Assembly (NCBI RefSeq): GCF_902459465.1
Contig: NC_047071.1
Coordinates: 6,324,001 to 6,388,000 of the forward strand
Length of the DNA: 64,000 bases
Direction: 5' to 3'
DNA from: Asterias rubens
Taxonomy: Eukaryota
Shown here piece by piece: positions 14,533 through 26,372 of the stretch; position 1 is the first letter of the stretch, and each line of letters opens with the position of its first letter. The translations under genes and the position numbers were made by a program. The notes under the pieces were generated by a model. It saw nothing but the letters and a program-made list of their open reading frames with translations, did no database searches and was not told where the DNA came from.

Positions 14533-17191
14533 GTAAGTTTTTGTACAGTTGTCTTTCCTGCAGACTTGTTAATGGTTACATGTATGTCAGACCACACATG
14601 CAAATACATGTAGGCATCTTAAACTGTACACTGATAAGCGGTAAAAAAAAGAAAAGAATACACTGAACAGTTTATCGGTCAGAAATTCCTAACCATAATA
14701 TGTTATTTGTTTCAGCTGAACTTGTTTGGGTTTTTTAATGCTGGTTTGGGGTGTTGTTTGAACCACTGTCTGATAAAAATCATAGTGTCTGAAGCCTTCT
14801 CCACCTAAAGGAACACAGTGCATTGGATTGGTCGAGTTGGTCTATGAAAAGTGTTTAAAACCGTTTGTTAAGAAATCCATATGGTTAGAAAGATATTTTA
14901 AAAATAAAGTATAATAATATTCACAAATTTGCCACGAAATTGCAAGTTTTTCTTTTTACTTTGCGAACTAACAGAGCCGGCCATTTTATGGAGTCGTAAA
15001 CTTGACTCCCAAAAATGGCGTGTTGTTTTGATTGGAGGCCATTCCTCTATGCCACTCCTCTTATGTACTTTGGGTCAATATCGCTCCTTTTATAAGTATA
15101 CCCAATTATGATGATGATAACTGTAACATTCAATGAGATACAGCGATTGGCAAATGGTAAATTTGTAACTTAAATACATGTACATGTAGCATGTAATTTT
15201 ATACCCGATGGTCTTAACATGATAGCCATTGAGGTTGATTCAATATAAGAAAGTTTGCATTTAGGCGTTGAGAAAGAATTGGCGAGAAAAGAAAAATAGT
15301 AACAATAATAGTAACATTAATAGTAAAATAGTAACAATAATAACAATAATTTAAAACTAGATTTGAGAGTTTGTGAACAAACTCGGGAGTGTAAAAGTCT
15401 GGTGTCAAAAACAATAATTACACCTTGCTTTGCTCTCAAGGTTTATAATTAATGATCAAAAATTGCAAATATTGTCAAAACAACATGATGATGTCATCAT
15501 GATGTCATTTGAGTTAAAGAAGTTTATGTCCTTTACTAACAATACACAAAGTTTCACCTTATCAAACCTTTGGTTTGGCAGACACACAGCTTTGAAAAGT
15601 GCACCTTTAAAGCTTACCACGTGACACATGATGATGTCATCAAGCTAAGAAACAATATGTTTCTATTATGAAGGAAATTATGAATACAAATTTTTGCAAC
15701 AATTATCATAAATTCTGACACAGACATCTACATGTAGTAAATTTAATTTTTTTAAACCAGACCTTTGCCAGACTTGTATTATGTGATTGTAAACCATCAG
15801 AAGGTGTACATTTAAACCTAAAACCAATTAAATAACGCCTTCTCAAAGCATTTTACAGTCACTTCCGGTTTAGACAGATTGAAAGGTCAAGAAAAGCTCA
15901 CTAAGAAATCCATTTTTGTGAAGTTAGTAAAGCCCTTTCATATGATGTATAGGTTGTCAAAATAGCTTATGTGGTTGAGGAAATATGAAGAGACTAACTA
16001 CATGTAACTGTATGTATGTTTTAAACACCTTGAACGAAGGCTATTTCATGTATGCGCGCAATTTTGAAGCGGAAGACAAGATCAAAATGAGGTTATGTCT
16101 GTGAGGCGTTTAGGGAGTTTGCGATGACAGTTCCGATGATGTATTGATTGTAAGAATCAAAAGTTATGATTTTTTGAATTTGAAATAATAAACTTTGAAT
16201 TTTCATAACTCAAGAATTGATGAGGTCGTTATGATGTAACTTGAACGGTCTCCTCTCCCATTGAATATCTAACTATGTGTAGGTTCAAGTTCATACGATC
16301 TTTGGAAAGATGTTTCAGTTTGCAGACAAGGGTCGTAGAGAAGAAGAAGAAGAAGACTTTGACTTTTCAAATGGAACTTTATTGCTTAAAACAATCTTAA
16401 AACAATATACAAAAGAAGAGCTGTTCCATTGAGTTTACAACAAACACATAATTACTTAAGACAAACAAATTAAAAAAGAAACCAACCAAAGCTGGTGCAG
16501 TCGCAGAAATAAACTAACTTATATTAACCAGGTAATTTGGTCCTTGACAATGGTGAAAATGGCGTTGTTTATGTTCCACTTATTTTCGATGGTAGGCAAA
16601 TTGTTCTGAGACTTGTAAAACATAAATTCAGACATTATTTTGTACTGGATGCGACTGCGCCAGATAACAAAGGGATCAGAGAAATTAGATTTTTGGTATA
16701 ACCAATAAATAACGGATTTGAAACTGATGATGAGGTAGTTGGAGAGACGGACGACCTCGCGTGGGCGACCTTTGACATGTGGAACGAGGGTCCAGTAGAT
16801 GGTGAAATCAAGTGTTGATGTTGGTAGAAGTCTTTGGAGTAGGCAGTGCAGAAGGTTTAGAGAAGATTGGACGGCCGGACAGGTGATGAAGAGATGTGTG
16901 ATCATACCCTCCTCACCGCACCACCCCCACATACGGGATATGTCGGGTTGAAGGTGGTGTAAGACTTGAAGAGATGGAAGGATGTTATGAAGAAGTTTGT
17001 ATTGAACATCTCCTTCCCTTTTGGAGGTCGGAAGATGGTGTATAATCTTCCACTGAATGTTAACATTTTCGTCAATCTGACCTGTTCTCTGCCAGTGGAT
17101 GGTGATTTTTTTCAGCAGGTTGTTGAGTGTGTCATTGAAACATTTGTACAGGGTTTTTGTTGTTGCTGTCAGTCCATCTGTATCGGTCATG

Positions 17192-17623
17192 TGGAAGTGT
17201 CGTGGCCGAGCGGTTAAGAGCACCGAATTCAAACTCTGGTGTTTCTGATCAGCAGAGTGTGGGTTCGAATCCCCAGCCGTGACACTGTGTTCTTGAGCAA
17301 GACACTTAACCATTGCTTCGTCCTTCGGATGGGACATAAAGCCGTTGGTCCCATGTGTTGTGTAACGCATGTAAAAGAACCCAGTGCACTTATCGAAAAG
17401 AGAAGGGGTTCGCCCCGGTGTTCCTGGTTGTGGCTGCTTAATGCGCCGTAGCACCTTGTAAACCCTTATAAGGTGCTAAATAATTGGGTCTCAGAATTCA
17501 TCACTGCAATAACCTATCTTTCTGAAAGTTTGTATATACTCAGCGCCTTGAGTACCTTGTTTGGTAGATACGTGCGCTATATAAGACTTCGATATTACTA
17601 TTATTATTATTATTATTATTATT
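17192..17623 (+). mobile_element. tRNA-derived SINE with L2-like 3' tail and (ATT)n end
   Basis: A box tggccgagcggttaag, B box gggttcgaatccc, body cttgagcaagacacttaacc, tail gcgccttgag...gcgctatataag, (att)n; ATG duplicated at 17189-17191 and 17624-17626. Confidence 0.9.
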
Positions 17624-18389
17624 ATGACAGTGATGTTATGAGGCGCGGGACGGCTATTGTCCTCTTCATGCCTGTCCAGGGATCGGTTGTGTCCGGTGAC
17701 ATCAAAGATGTTTGATGATGATGTGATGAGGCGTTGGAAGTCCATGAGGTCTTTTGACAGGCATCTGGGTGGAAATTCTGAGTGTTACATCCTTCTTGAA
17801 GTGTTGCGGAGGGTGCCAAGATCCGGTATTCCAAGAAGGTCCTTGATTAGGCGGATCCCACACGCCGCAAGTCGCCGAGCTCCCGTCTCTGCCATCTACC
17901 TCATTTAATAAAATACTATTAATTGGTAAATTAACAAAAGCAATGAAATCAGTGGGAAGTGTTGCAACTCGAGCTCCTATCTTTAACCAGGCATGCATTA
18001 ACTCACTGTGGAAGGTGGGAAGATGCGGGAAAAACTTTGGGTCAATTTCGGTGGAAAACAATTCAAAATCGAGCCCAAGCCCGCGGTACTGCCTGAAATA
18101 GTAACTAATGAAATCAAAACATGGAATGTCGTTGGAATTCAACAGGAAAGTACGAAGTAAATTGAAACGGAAAGTGAGAATGCGTGCCCGAAGACAAGTA
18201 AGACCCAAACCCCCTCTGTCCTGGTCCAAAAATAATATACTCTTCTTAAGCCAGCGCCTTTTATCGGCCCACACGAAATCGATCAGTTTTTCTTGGAGTT
18301 CATCAATGAGTCCTTCGGGTGGCGAAAGTGTTGCCAGAACATGGAGCAATTTGGATGCGGCGAGTTGATTTGCCACCAGGACCCGTCCT

Positions 18390-19661
18390 CTAAAAGACAT
18401 TGTATAAGACAATCTCTTCCAACGTGAAAGACAATGTTCGAGCCTCTGGTGACACATAGACCAGTTTTTTTTTAACATACGCATTTGAATTATCTAGATG
18501 AACTCCAAGAAAAACCAAGCCTTCGTAGTTCCATTTAAAATCAAGTGGTTGCTCTGTCCTTTCAACCCACGAACCGACCCATAGTCCCTGGGATTTAATC
18601 AGATTCAAACGAGCAGCAGAGGCTTTGCTGTACAAATCGTAAACGCCTTTGACAATGTCAAAGCCACGGTCTCTGGTGACAAAAACGGTGACGTCGTCTG
18701 CGTACGCTGAGATGTCAAGATTTTTACCACTTTGGCATGGCAGTGTGAGGCCACCGTCGTCTAGTGTGTTACGTAGGGTATGCAAGAGAGGTTCGATAGC
18801 AATCAAAAACAAAAGGCCTGAAAGTAGGCACCCCTGCCTGATTCCCTTTTCAAAAGGAAAAGGGGCAGTGAGTGACCCGCCCACTTTCACCATACTCTCA
18901 GTTTCTGTGTACATCAATTTGATATAAGAGATGAAGTTTTGACCAAAACCCATCGCTTTCATAGTTTTGAATAGATAACCGTGGTCGACATTGTCAAAGG
19001 CCTTTTTCTGGTCTAAGTTTAAAAGAGCAAGGGGCACATTTTTGGAATTACAAAACATAATACTGTCCCTGATGAGATTGATATTGTTGTGGATAGAGCG
19101 CCCTGGCACCGAGTAGCTTTGGTCTGGCTGTACTACTTGGTCGATCACATTTTTTAACTTCTTTGAAAGAATTTTTGCGAAAAGTTTGTAGTCTGTATTC
19201 AGCAACGAGACCGGGCGCCAGTTTGCTACATCCAACAAATCACCCTTTTTTGGGAGGAGGGTGATTGCGGCTCTCCTGCAGGAAACCGTTAAGAATCCCG
19301 TTGCAATTGAGTCATTGAACAAGGAAGTGATGTCACCTTTGAGAATGGGCCAGAAATGTTGATAAAATTCAGACGTAAGACCGTCCAAGCCTGGGGATTT
19401 ATTACGACCAAGTTGTTTGACTGCAACATCTAACTCTTCGGCTGAGATCGGCCTGTCGCAGTCCTCCGCGTCGCCGGGGTCAAGCGTGGGTATGGATTGA
19501 AGCAGGCGCTCGCACGCCTCCTCATCGTTGTTAGTCCGGCAATACAAGTCAGTGTAAAAATGGTGGATGTGTGCATTTATTTCACTACTTTTTTCAGTAA
19601 TTTCGCCAGATGGAAGGCGAATTTTAGTGATGTGTTTTGCACGTGAAGTCGTTTGTTCCAT
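18390..19661 (-). pseudogene. Tx1 ORF2 reverse transcriptase domain (endonuclease missing, frameshift after RT)
   Basis: 423-aa ORF with KSPGLDGLTSEFY, LDQKKAFDNVDH and YADD; frame shifts near the T-run at ~18465-18474 into 17702-18484. Confidence 0.9.
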
Positions 19662-20324
19662 ACTGAAGAAGTAGCTAGAGCAAGTGTCTACTTCGTTAGT
19701 GTCTACTTCGTTAATCCCAGGGAAATGGGTCGGATCGGAGATATTATTCTACAAAAATCAGAAATATTGTCTGCAAGAACAAAGTTGGGGATTTCCGGAT
19801 AAACGTTGGAGAAAACGATCCGGGTGGCAGAATTAACAAGGGGTGTCATTTCGATGTAATGATTTTCGTGGTGAAAGCCTTGAATGACGGCCTCTTCTAC
19901 ATCGGCTCTGGATCTCATGTACACTGCTATGCGCCCTATGGAAATGCGTGAGGCCGAGACAATGTCGACATCGGGCATGCATTTAGACAGCGATTTCAAG
20001 TAATTGTTTAGAGGAATTTCTTGATTTGTATGGAAGGCAACTCCGTTGGGTGTCATTGCAACAAAGGGGTCGGAGGGCACCCCATTGTTAGCTCTCGCCT
20101 AACAAGCCATGATGGCTAGCCATGGCAAAAACCAACAACGAAGTGAAAAACTCCTACCCAAAAAAAACCCCAAATTGCAAAAAAAAGATAATTAAAGCAG
20201 TGACTACACCAATCTATAAAACAATAGCAACAGACTGGTAAAAAATATATGGACAGAGGGGGCCTAACACCCTAATAATTGGTGGTCACAATCAGAGCTC
20301 GAGTGTGCAACACTTACCCTGAAG

Positions 20325-20356
<32 letters not shown>

Positions 20357-20776
20357 TCAATAAAAGAAATATATTTTAAAGAAACGAACAAAAATAAAAA
20401 GGTGTTCCAGGCTGTTGGCCCGAACACCTAAAAAGAATTTGGATTATGCCATGTTTAGAAAGCAATTTATGACTTAAAGGTGCAAACATGAAAAAAAAAT
20501 CTTAACATTTTTTTCTTATGATGTCGTCATGACGTCACTTCATAATTAACAGAAACGGTCAAATAACCTACCAAGTTTCAACATGATCGCACCAATACTC
20601 TGGGAGTTACAAGACTTCAAAATGTGCACCTTTAAAGTCACCTGGAAGTGGTATTTTGTCAAATTAAAGCTTTTTGATGAGTGGAATATGAATAAACAAT
20701 TAACTAAGGTTTACAAAAATTAGTTTCCATGTTATTTACAAATTTAAAAATAAGCCCGACCCGAGAGGTGATGTTT

Positions 20777-21371
20777 TAGGCCTGGGCGAATTATTTGAAT
20801 ATCCGGTTAATGGCGAATAGGTTTTCCTATCCGTAACCGCGAATGCCTTTTTTTTCTTAACCAGATATCCGCATAGGGCGCGAATACCTATTTATAAACC
20901 GGATAGTTCTGTAATGACAACCAAGTAACCGGATATTCTTTTAATATCCGAATATCCGCGGACGTCGGGTGACAACTGATAGGAATGTTTTGTCTGAATC
21001 CTTATGAAACTTCTATTAAGACAGCATAAAACAGCATAAATAAAGTATTTAACTATGCTCACCTCCGTGAAGAGTTAAAACAATGACATTTCTGACGTAA
21101 TTTGTTCAAAGATTACGAAAGTTTTCCTTCACGTAGAGTCAATCACGACCAAACGAAAAAAGCAAATCGCCATCTTTAAATTAGATCCGGTTGTTTTTAT
21201 GAATGAACCGAGTGACACTGTCTAAAACTAATATCAATCCGCCCATATGATCTCATTCACAAACGAACAGCGCCCTCTAGCGGCGAAAAAAACTATTCGA
21301 ATATCCGGTTAATTTCGGATAGTTGGCCAGCGGTATCCGAATATCAAAACTTCACTATTTGCCCAGCACTA
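20777..21371. mobile_element. hAT-type MITE with 8-bp TSD
   Basis: TIR taggcctgggcgaat / atttgcccagcacta; GTGATGTT at 20768-20775 (one extra T before the element) and at 21372-21379; repeated gaatatccgg subterminal motifs. Confidence 0.8.
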
Positions 21372-21839
21372 GTGATGTTCATGACGTCAATCGAGGCGCG
21401 ATAATTGAAGAGAAAATTTGTAATCTGGCCCCGTACACTATGTCTGGATACCTGATCGTTATGATGCTTACGTACAGAACTACGGTCACGGAGCAGACTG
21501 CACGCACAACTGTCTGGCTGCTGTGCAGACGGTCCACTCGGATTACCCAGCGCAGTGAATCTCATGCAGTGCCAACACAAAATAGTGACGCAGGCTAAAA
21601 ATTTGCCCTCAAAGTTGAAAAAATACCTGCTTTTGTACATGTTGGCAAATGTTACTTTAGGTTCGTTACGTCTTTCAGGTACCTTTTTTCGACTTCCCCA
21701 CTACCTGAAAAAATTGTTGGGATGGCGTCATGTTTAAAAAAGAACTTTTCTCTTCATGTCAAAATGTGTAGTGTATTCCGGTTTCTCGAAGCATGACGGC
21801 TCGAAGTGTTTGCTGCACAGCGCTGGACAAGATGTCGTA

Positions 21840-22150
21840 CTGGACCACTTTGCAAAATGACCACATCTTTAGTTGTTTTGCTGCATCCAGCAGCAGTACA
21901 CCTGGTCGACATGAAAAATGCAAACAAAAACCTTTTTTGAAACGATCAAACTCAGGACTAGGACTTGAATGTACTTGCACGTACGTGTGTTCGATTGAGG
22001 CAAAGTCTGCCTCGATTGACGTCACAAAAGGGGTGGGCGGACTCACCCCCCACACAACTTCTTTTTTTTTTTTTTTTACTACATATAAATCGTTAAAAAC
22101 AATTACTCAACAAATTATTTAATTGTTCAGAAGCATTTACTCTAATGTTT
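21840..22150. repeat. dispersed repeat, paralog of 37470-37690 and 38550-38625
   Basis: Shared tagttgttttgctgcatccagcagca, gactaggacttgaatgtacttgcacgtac, gaggcaaagtctgcctcgattgacgtcacaaaaggggt. Confidence 0.8.
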
Positions 22151-22339
22151 CGACCGGAAGTGGAGTTCATGTGAGGTCATTCACAGGAAACAAAATGAAG
22201 ACTTAAAGTATCCCTACCCAATCTCGCACACAGAAATCTACAGTCTCTTGTGGCTGATTTGATACAGATTTTCAAATATTTAATATAGTGTAGCTTCAAG
22301 ATGACGTCAGTGTCAAGTCATGACGTCATAATGGCCTCC

Positions 22340-22735
22340 TTTGTCCCAACTCCACTGGCTGCCTTTTCATGATTGAATTCTTGTCAAGCTACTTCTTTAT
22401 GTCTATAAATGCTCCCAGGGTCTTGCTCCAAATTTTTTTCCTGATCTGTTGTCCTCTTACACCCTTGGCAGAGAAGGTCTGCGGTCCTCCTTTGATAAAC
22501 CCCTTCTCTTTGAGCACAGGCCTTCTCGATCTACTGGCTCTAAGTATTTTTCTCTGGCTGGGCCGAAGGAATGGAACAACATATGTCAGGGAGTCATCTA
22601 CTACCATTTTCAAGACAAACCTCTTAACCTACTTTTTCAGTCAGCCTCCTCAATAATCCTTTGTTATTTTGTTTTTCTTGTGCCTTTGCATTGTTTACTT
22701 GTACAGCTCTTTGATCTTTGTTAAAGGCGCTATAG
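22340..22735 (+). mobile_element. L2 LINE 3' fragment
   Basis: Degenerate HWLP...KLLLYVYKCSQGLAP...LRSS...FSLAGPKEWN; ends ttaaaggcgctata. Confidence 0.7.
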
Positions 22736-24345
22736 ACGATGTGACCTCTGACGTCACTCTAAAACCTTAACATGATTTTCGCGCATAAAGCCAGCTAGAA
22801 AGTGTATGCAATCTCACCATGACTGCGCGTGTTTTTGCCCGGCGAAACATGATGTGTACAGTGTTTTGTCGTTTAAATGTAAACATAGGTCACATTGTCT
22901 ATACATGTATAAGTACCTACATGTATATTATTATTATTATTGGCGAGCTGCAGAGCAGTGCAAGCCTATGTAAATACCGATTTCCGTCCGGCATCCGTCC
23001 GGCCGTTCGCATTCAGTGGAAATGTTAAAGTTTTTGGTTTAAGTCCAAGTCTTTAAGTTGAGCTGTTTTTGGTATACAAGCCCAAGTGAGATTGTTATAT
23101 ACAATTGCCAGTCATTTTCGGTAATTTGTACAAGTTTTTTGTTTAAGCCTAATCTTCCAAACCATAAATTCAAAAGAGTGAAATCATATAAAAAATTGAA
23201 GATTAGAACATAAGCTTTACTCAAAATGTAAAAAAATGTAAAAATCTTAATTAATTAATCACGTAATCTTCATTTGAATATAACTGGATGCAGTCGCTTC
23301 CATGTTATTGTTAAATATTCTCTTTGGTAAATTCAATACAGTATGTACCTATCATGAGTTGTGACTTCTTGAGAGGAGTCTACTCAAGTCTCTTTTTCTT
23401 GTTTTTCTACCGCGTTCTGGACCCATTACTTAGTGTACAGCGCAGTCTCTTTTTCTTCGTTTTCTATAAACCGAGTTCTGGACGCATTACTTTGTACACG
23501 AAGGTTTAGGGTTTTCGTTTAACGAACGTGCGTATAAATAGGATGGTGCCCACAGATTTACACGTAACTTAAATAGTTTGAAGATAATGACAGTTGAAAG
23601 CTTCCCTTAAAATATTACTTGCTGTGGTGTTGTAGTTTTTGAGAAATTAGTGTGAAAAAAATGTCATTGTATTTAGACTCTGAGGTGGTGTCGTCCGTCT
23701 AGGACCGAGTTCGTTTCAGGCGACGAGCGTGGACGACGAAAATAGACCACCTGGGATTTCGAATGATTTACGGGTGAAGTCACCTTGTTCGCACCAGGGA
23801 CCAGTTGCCTAAACTAATTCCAGTATTTCGCTTTACTTTCGGAAATTAGACCATGACAAACCAAAATTCTTTGGCAGGATGACAAAAGCAGAGATTTTAT
23901 TGTGCTGACGTTTCTCTGGTGGTTGAGTGGCTCAATGTTGTAGAGCTGTAATAATACATCCGTAAATAGGCAAAACATTTTGCGTTATCAAAATGCAGAA
24001 ATTGAGCAGAATACCTGGATTCACGACTTGTACAAAATGAGGAATGGTATTTGCTGTGTTTAGCTGCTTTTTGTGTTTAAAAAGCTATATGTAGTTTAGT
24101 CTGGTCCTGGGCCAATGGCTTTTAAAGGAAAGAAATGCGCTTACATAATCAGGGAATTGTACTTACCTTAAGCGAAATTAACAGCTTAGCAGGGAATGTG
24201 TTCTTGAGCGTCACAATTCGGAACAAAAGATTTGCTACAATTGACTAATTGTGCTCAACTCCTGTGAAATTTTCACTGCAAAAACAGTGACTTAAAAATT
24301 TGATTTGCATTCGCAGGATAACCGTGCTTTATAATTACTTGTGCA

Positions 24346-25082
24346 TAGGCCGGGGCGACTAGTGTGCTAAGTGTTAAAGTCGCGACTACAAACTATTAGA
24401 GAGGTTTTGCGAGCGCGGATACAGATACAGATACGGATATGATAATCGTATCCGTTCACATCAGCCATGTGTTGAATTTCGTTTCGCAAACTATACGTAT
24501 GTTTCACTTGAGTGCGCTCGCATTCATCATGAGTGTTTTCCTGACATACATGACCAATTAGAGACCCCGTGTTTTATACACTGCATTTTCTCATCATTTT
24601 ACTTGCAAATGACTAAAACAATTCTATCTATATCAAGCACGATGTGAATGTTTTTGATCTGGGACAAAAATGAAACTAAAAGTCCGCAAAACAGTATCCA
24701 TTTATCTACAATGTGTATGAGCTCCCATATTCGTTACGAACGTGTATGCAAAATACAATAGTCACGGATACGCGTCACGTGAACACACAAAGTGTCAACG
24801 TATTGGTATCTGTATGTGTATCTGCCTACTTGCGAAAATTAGAGTTGCGACTACTGTTTTTCTCTACTCCGTTATAATCGTGCCCACATGTTGACTACAA
24901 AAATAGTCCCGACTACCTGTTTGGTGAAACAGTTGTGTTGCTTACTACTAATCGCAACATAATTAATGTGTCGCTCATTGCGGCACAAATCTTGAGCATC
25001 CATAATTTATCTCGACAAGTGTCGTAGTTGGGTTTGAGGTGCGACTAGTCGAGTCGTAAATTTCACTAGTCACCCAGGCCTA
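24346..25082. mobile_element. hAT-type MITE, probably with a second MITE nested at ~24400-24840
   Basis: TIR taggccggggcgactagtg / cactagtcacccaggccta; degenerate 8-bp TSD cttgtgca / catgtgta; inner inverted gatacaga/tgtatc motifs. Confidence 0.7.
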
Positions 25083-25535
25083 CATGTGTATCATGATGAA
25101 AAATCCTGTGATAATGGGCCCAATATGCTCTGCTCTGGAAGCAAAGATTCAGTGCTAAGCAGAAGCAGTGAATTCTGCGCTTACGTCAAGCAAAATAAAC
25201 TGCTGCTCAGTAAGCCGAAAATGGTGATCGTAAGCGCAGAGTTTGGTGGTTAAGAGTTCAGTGAAATCCACTTGTTCTAGATCAAACATCAAACCACAGA
25301 CCAAATACAAGGATTTTATCCTTAAGTAGTTTGTCACATGACAATGGACTCTAAAAATACTGTCTTGAACTCGAGAAACCAACAAATCAAACAACCCTGA
25401 GTCAAATACTAGTTGTTTACATTAATTCAAATTTTTAATTGTACTTTTGGGGATAAACATTTCAACTGAACATTTGACTAGTAAAAAGGAGTTGAAATAG
25501 TAAGACCACTCTTCTTATATAACGCCCTCTATTGA

Positions 25536-26273
25536 TGTGGCTGCCTTGGCATTTACTTAAACACCAAGGAGTTTCGTCATACTTTTAAAGTCTGTACAGT
25601 CCAAAGGATTAAGTATTCATAACCAAACAACGTAACTGAAGCAAATGAAGACACTTGTCAAACTGAAGCTTGTGTTGCAATGGTCAAGATACAATCTGTA
25701 ATTTAATGCCAAACATAAACAATAATAAGATACATGGAAATACATGAACTGGCATTTAACAATAGAAATGTGTACAAATGTAAACTTTGTCAAGAACAAG
25801 ATCATAATAAAGTGTTGAAACAGACTGCAAAACTTTGTCTAAAAACTCTGATTTTGCCTTGTAAACTGTAAGTCAAACTGTTGCAGAATATAAAGAGAAA
25901 AATATGCTTACCGAATTGGGCTTTCTACACTGGATGAAATTATAGAGAACTTGAGAAATACTTCTGAAAAGCTGGAACTATCATGTTAAAAACAACCACA
26001 TGTAACGTAAAAAGGCTGCACAATGGAATGCTGTGGGACAAGCATGGGCTGCATGGGCTGCATGGGCTGCATGTAACATAACACACACATGTACTCTGTG
26101 TGGGGCTATGGGGGACTTTGACCTCATTAGCATACACAGGATGACCTTAATGCACTGTCACTAGGCTACTTGGCTTAAAGGTCATGCACTGCAAAATGGG
26201 TACATATTAAATACAACTTAAAGGTAGTACACATGAATAAGCGAAACTCACTGCACAAACTGCTGCAGTGACA
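25536..26273 (-). repeat. BEL/Pao 3' LTR
   Basis: 738 bp; 5 substitutions versus the other LTR counted by eye; contains (gcatgggct)x3. Confidence 0.95.
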
Positions 26274-26372
26274 TGGCTCCTCAACTGTGCGCAGCATCAG
26301 TTATACACTTAGCGCAGCATCAGTAAGGAATTTTTAAGCCATGGCTTATCAATCAATCTTACGGTAAACAGT

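Larger units (their letters stand above)
16356..20320 (-). mobile_element. Tx1-clade non-LTR retrotransposon in a (GAA)n tract; internally deleted, SINE-interrupted
   Basis: 5' UTR, ORF1 N-terminal fragment (19703-20080), RT (18390-19661: NWRPVSLLNTDYK, GIRQGCLLSG, YADD), downstream ORF2 pieces with C-terminal CGEEGMITHLFITC; (GAA)5 on the left and (GAA)11 on the right. Confidence 0.9.
15430..20430 (+). repeat. dispersed modular repeat (paralog of 40370-41600) split by the Tx1 insertion
   Basis: 15430-16355 plus 20321-20430 are colinear with 40370-41600 (ctcaaggttt..., cagctttgaaaagtgcacc, ggaagac.agatcaaaatg, ggtgttcc.ggctgttggccc). Confidence 0.75.

Noticed and set aside
17192-17270. tRNA gene
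   Set aside because: A and B boxes are present, but it continues into a SINE body and (ATT)n tail with a TSD, and no full cloverleaf is evident.
20310-20320. Splice-donor-like GGTAAGT at the Tx1 5' end (minus strand)
   Set aside because: Single occurrence, antisense to the gene, with no supporting acceptor or conservation evidence.
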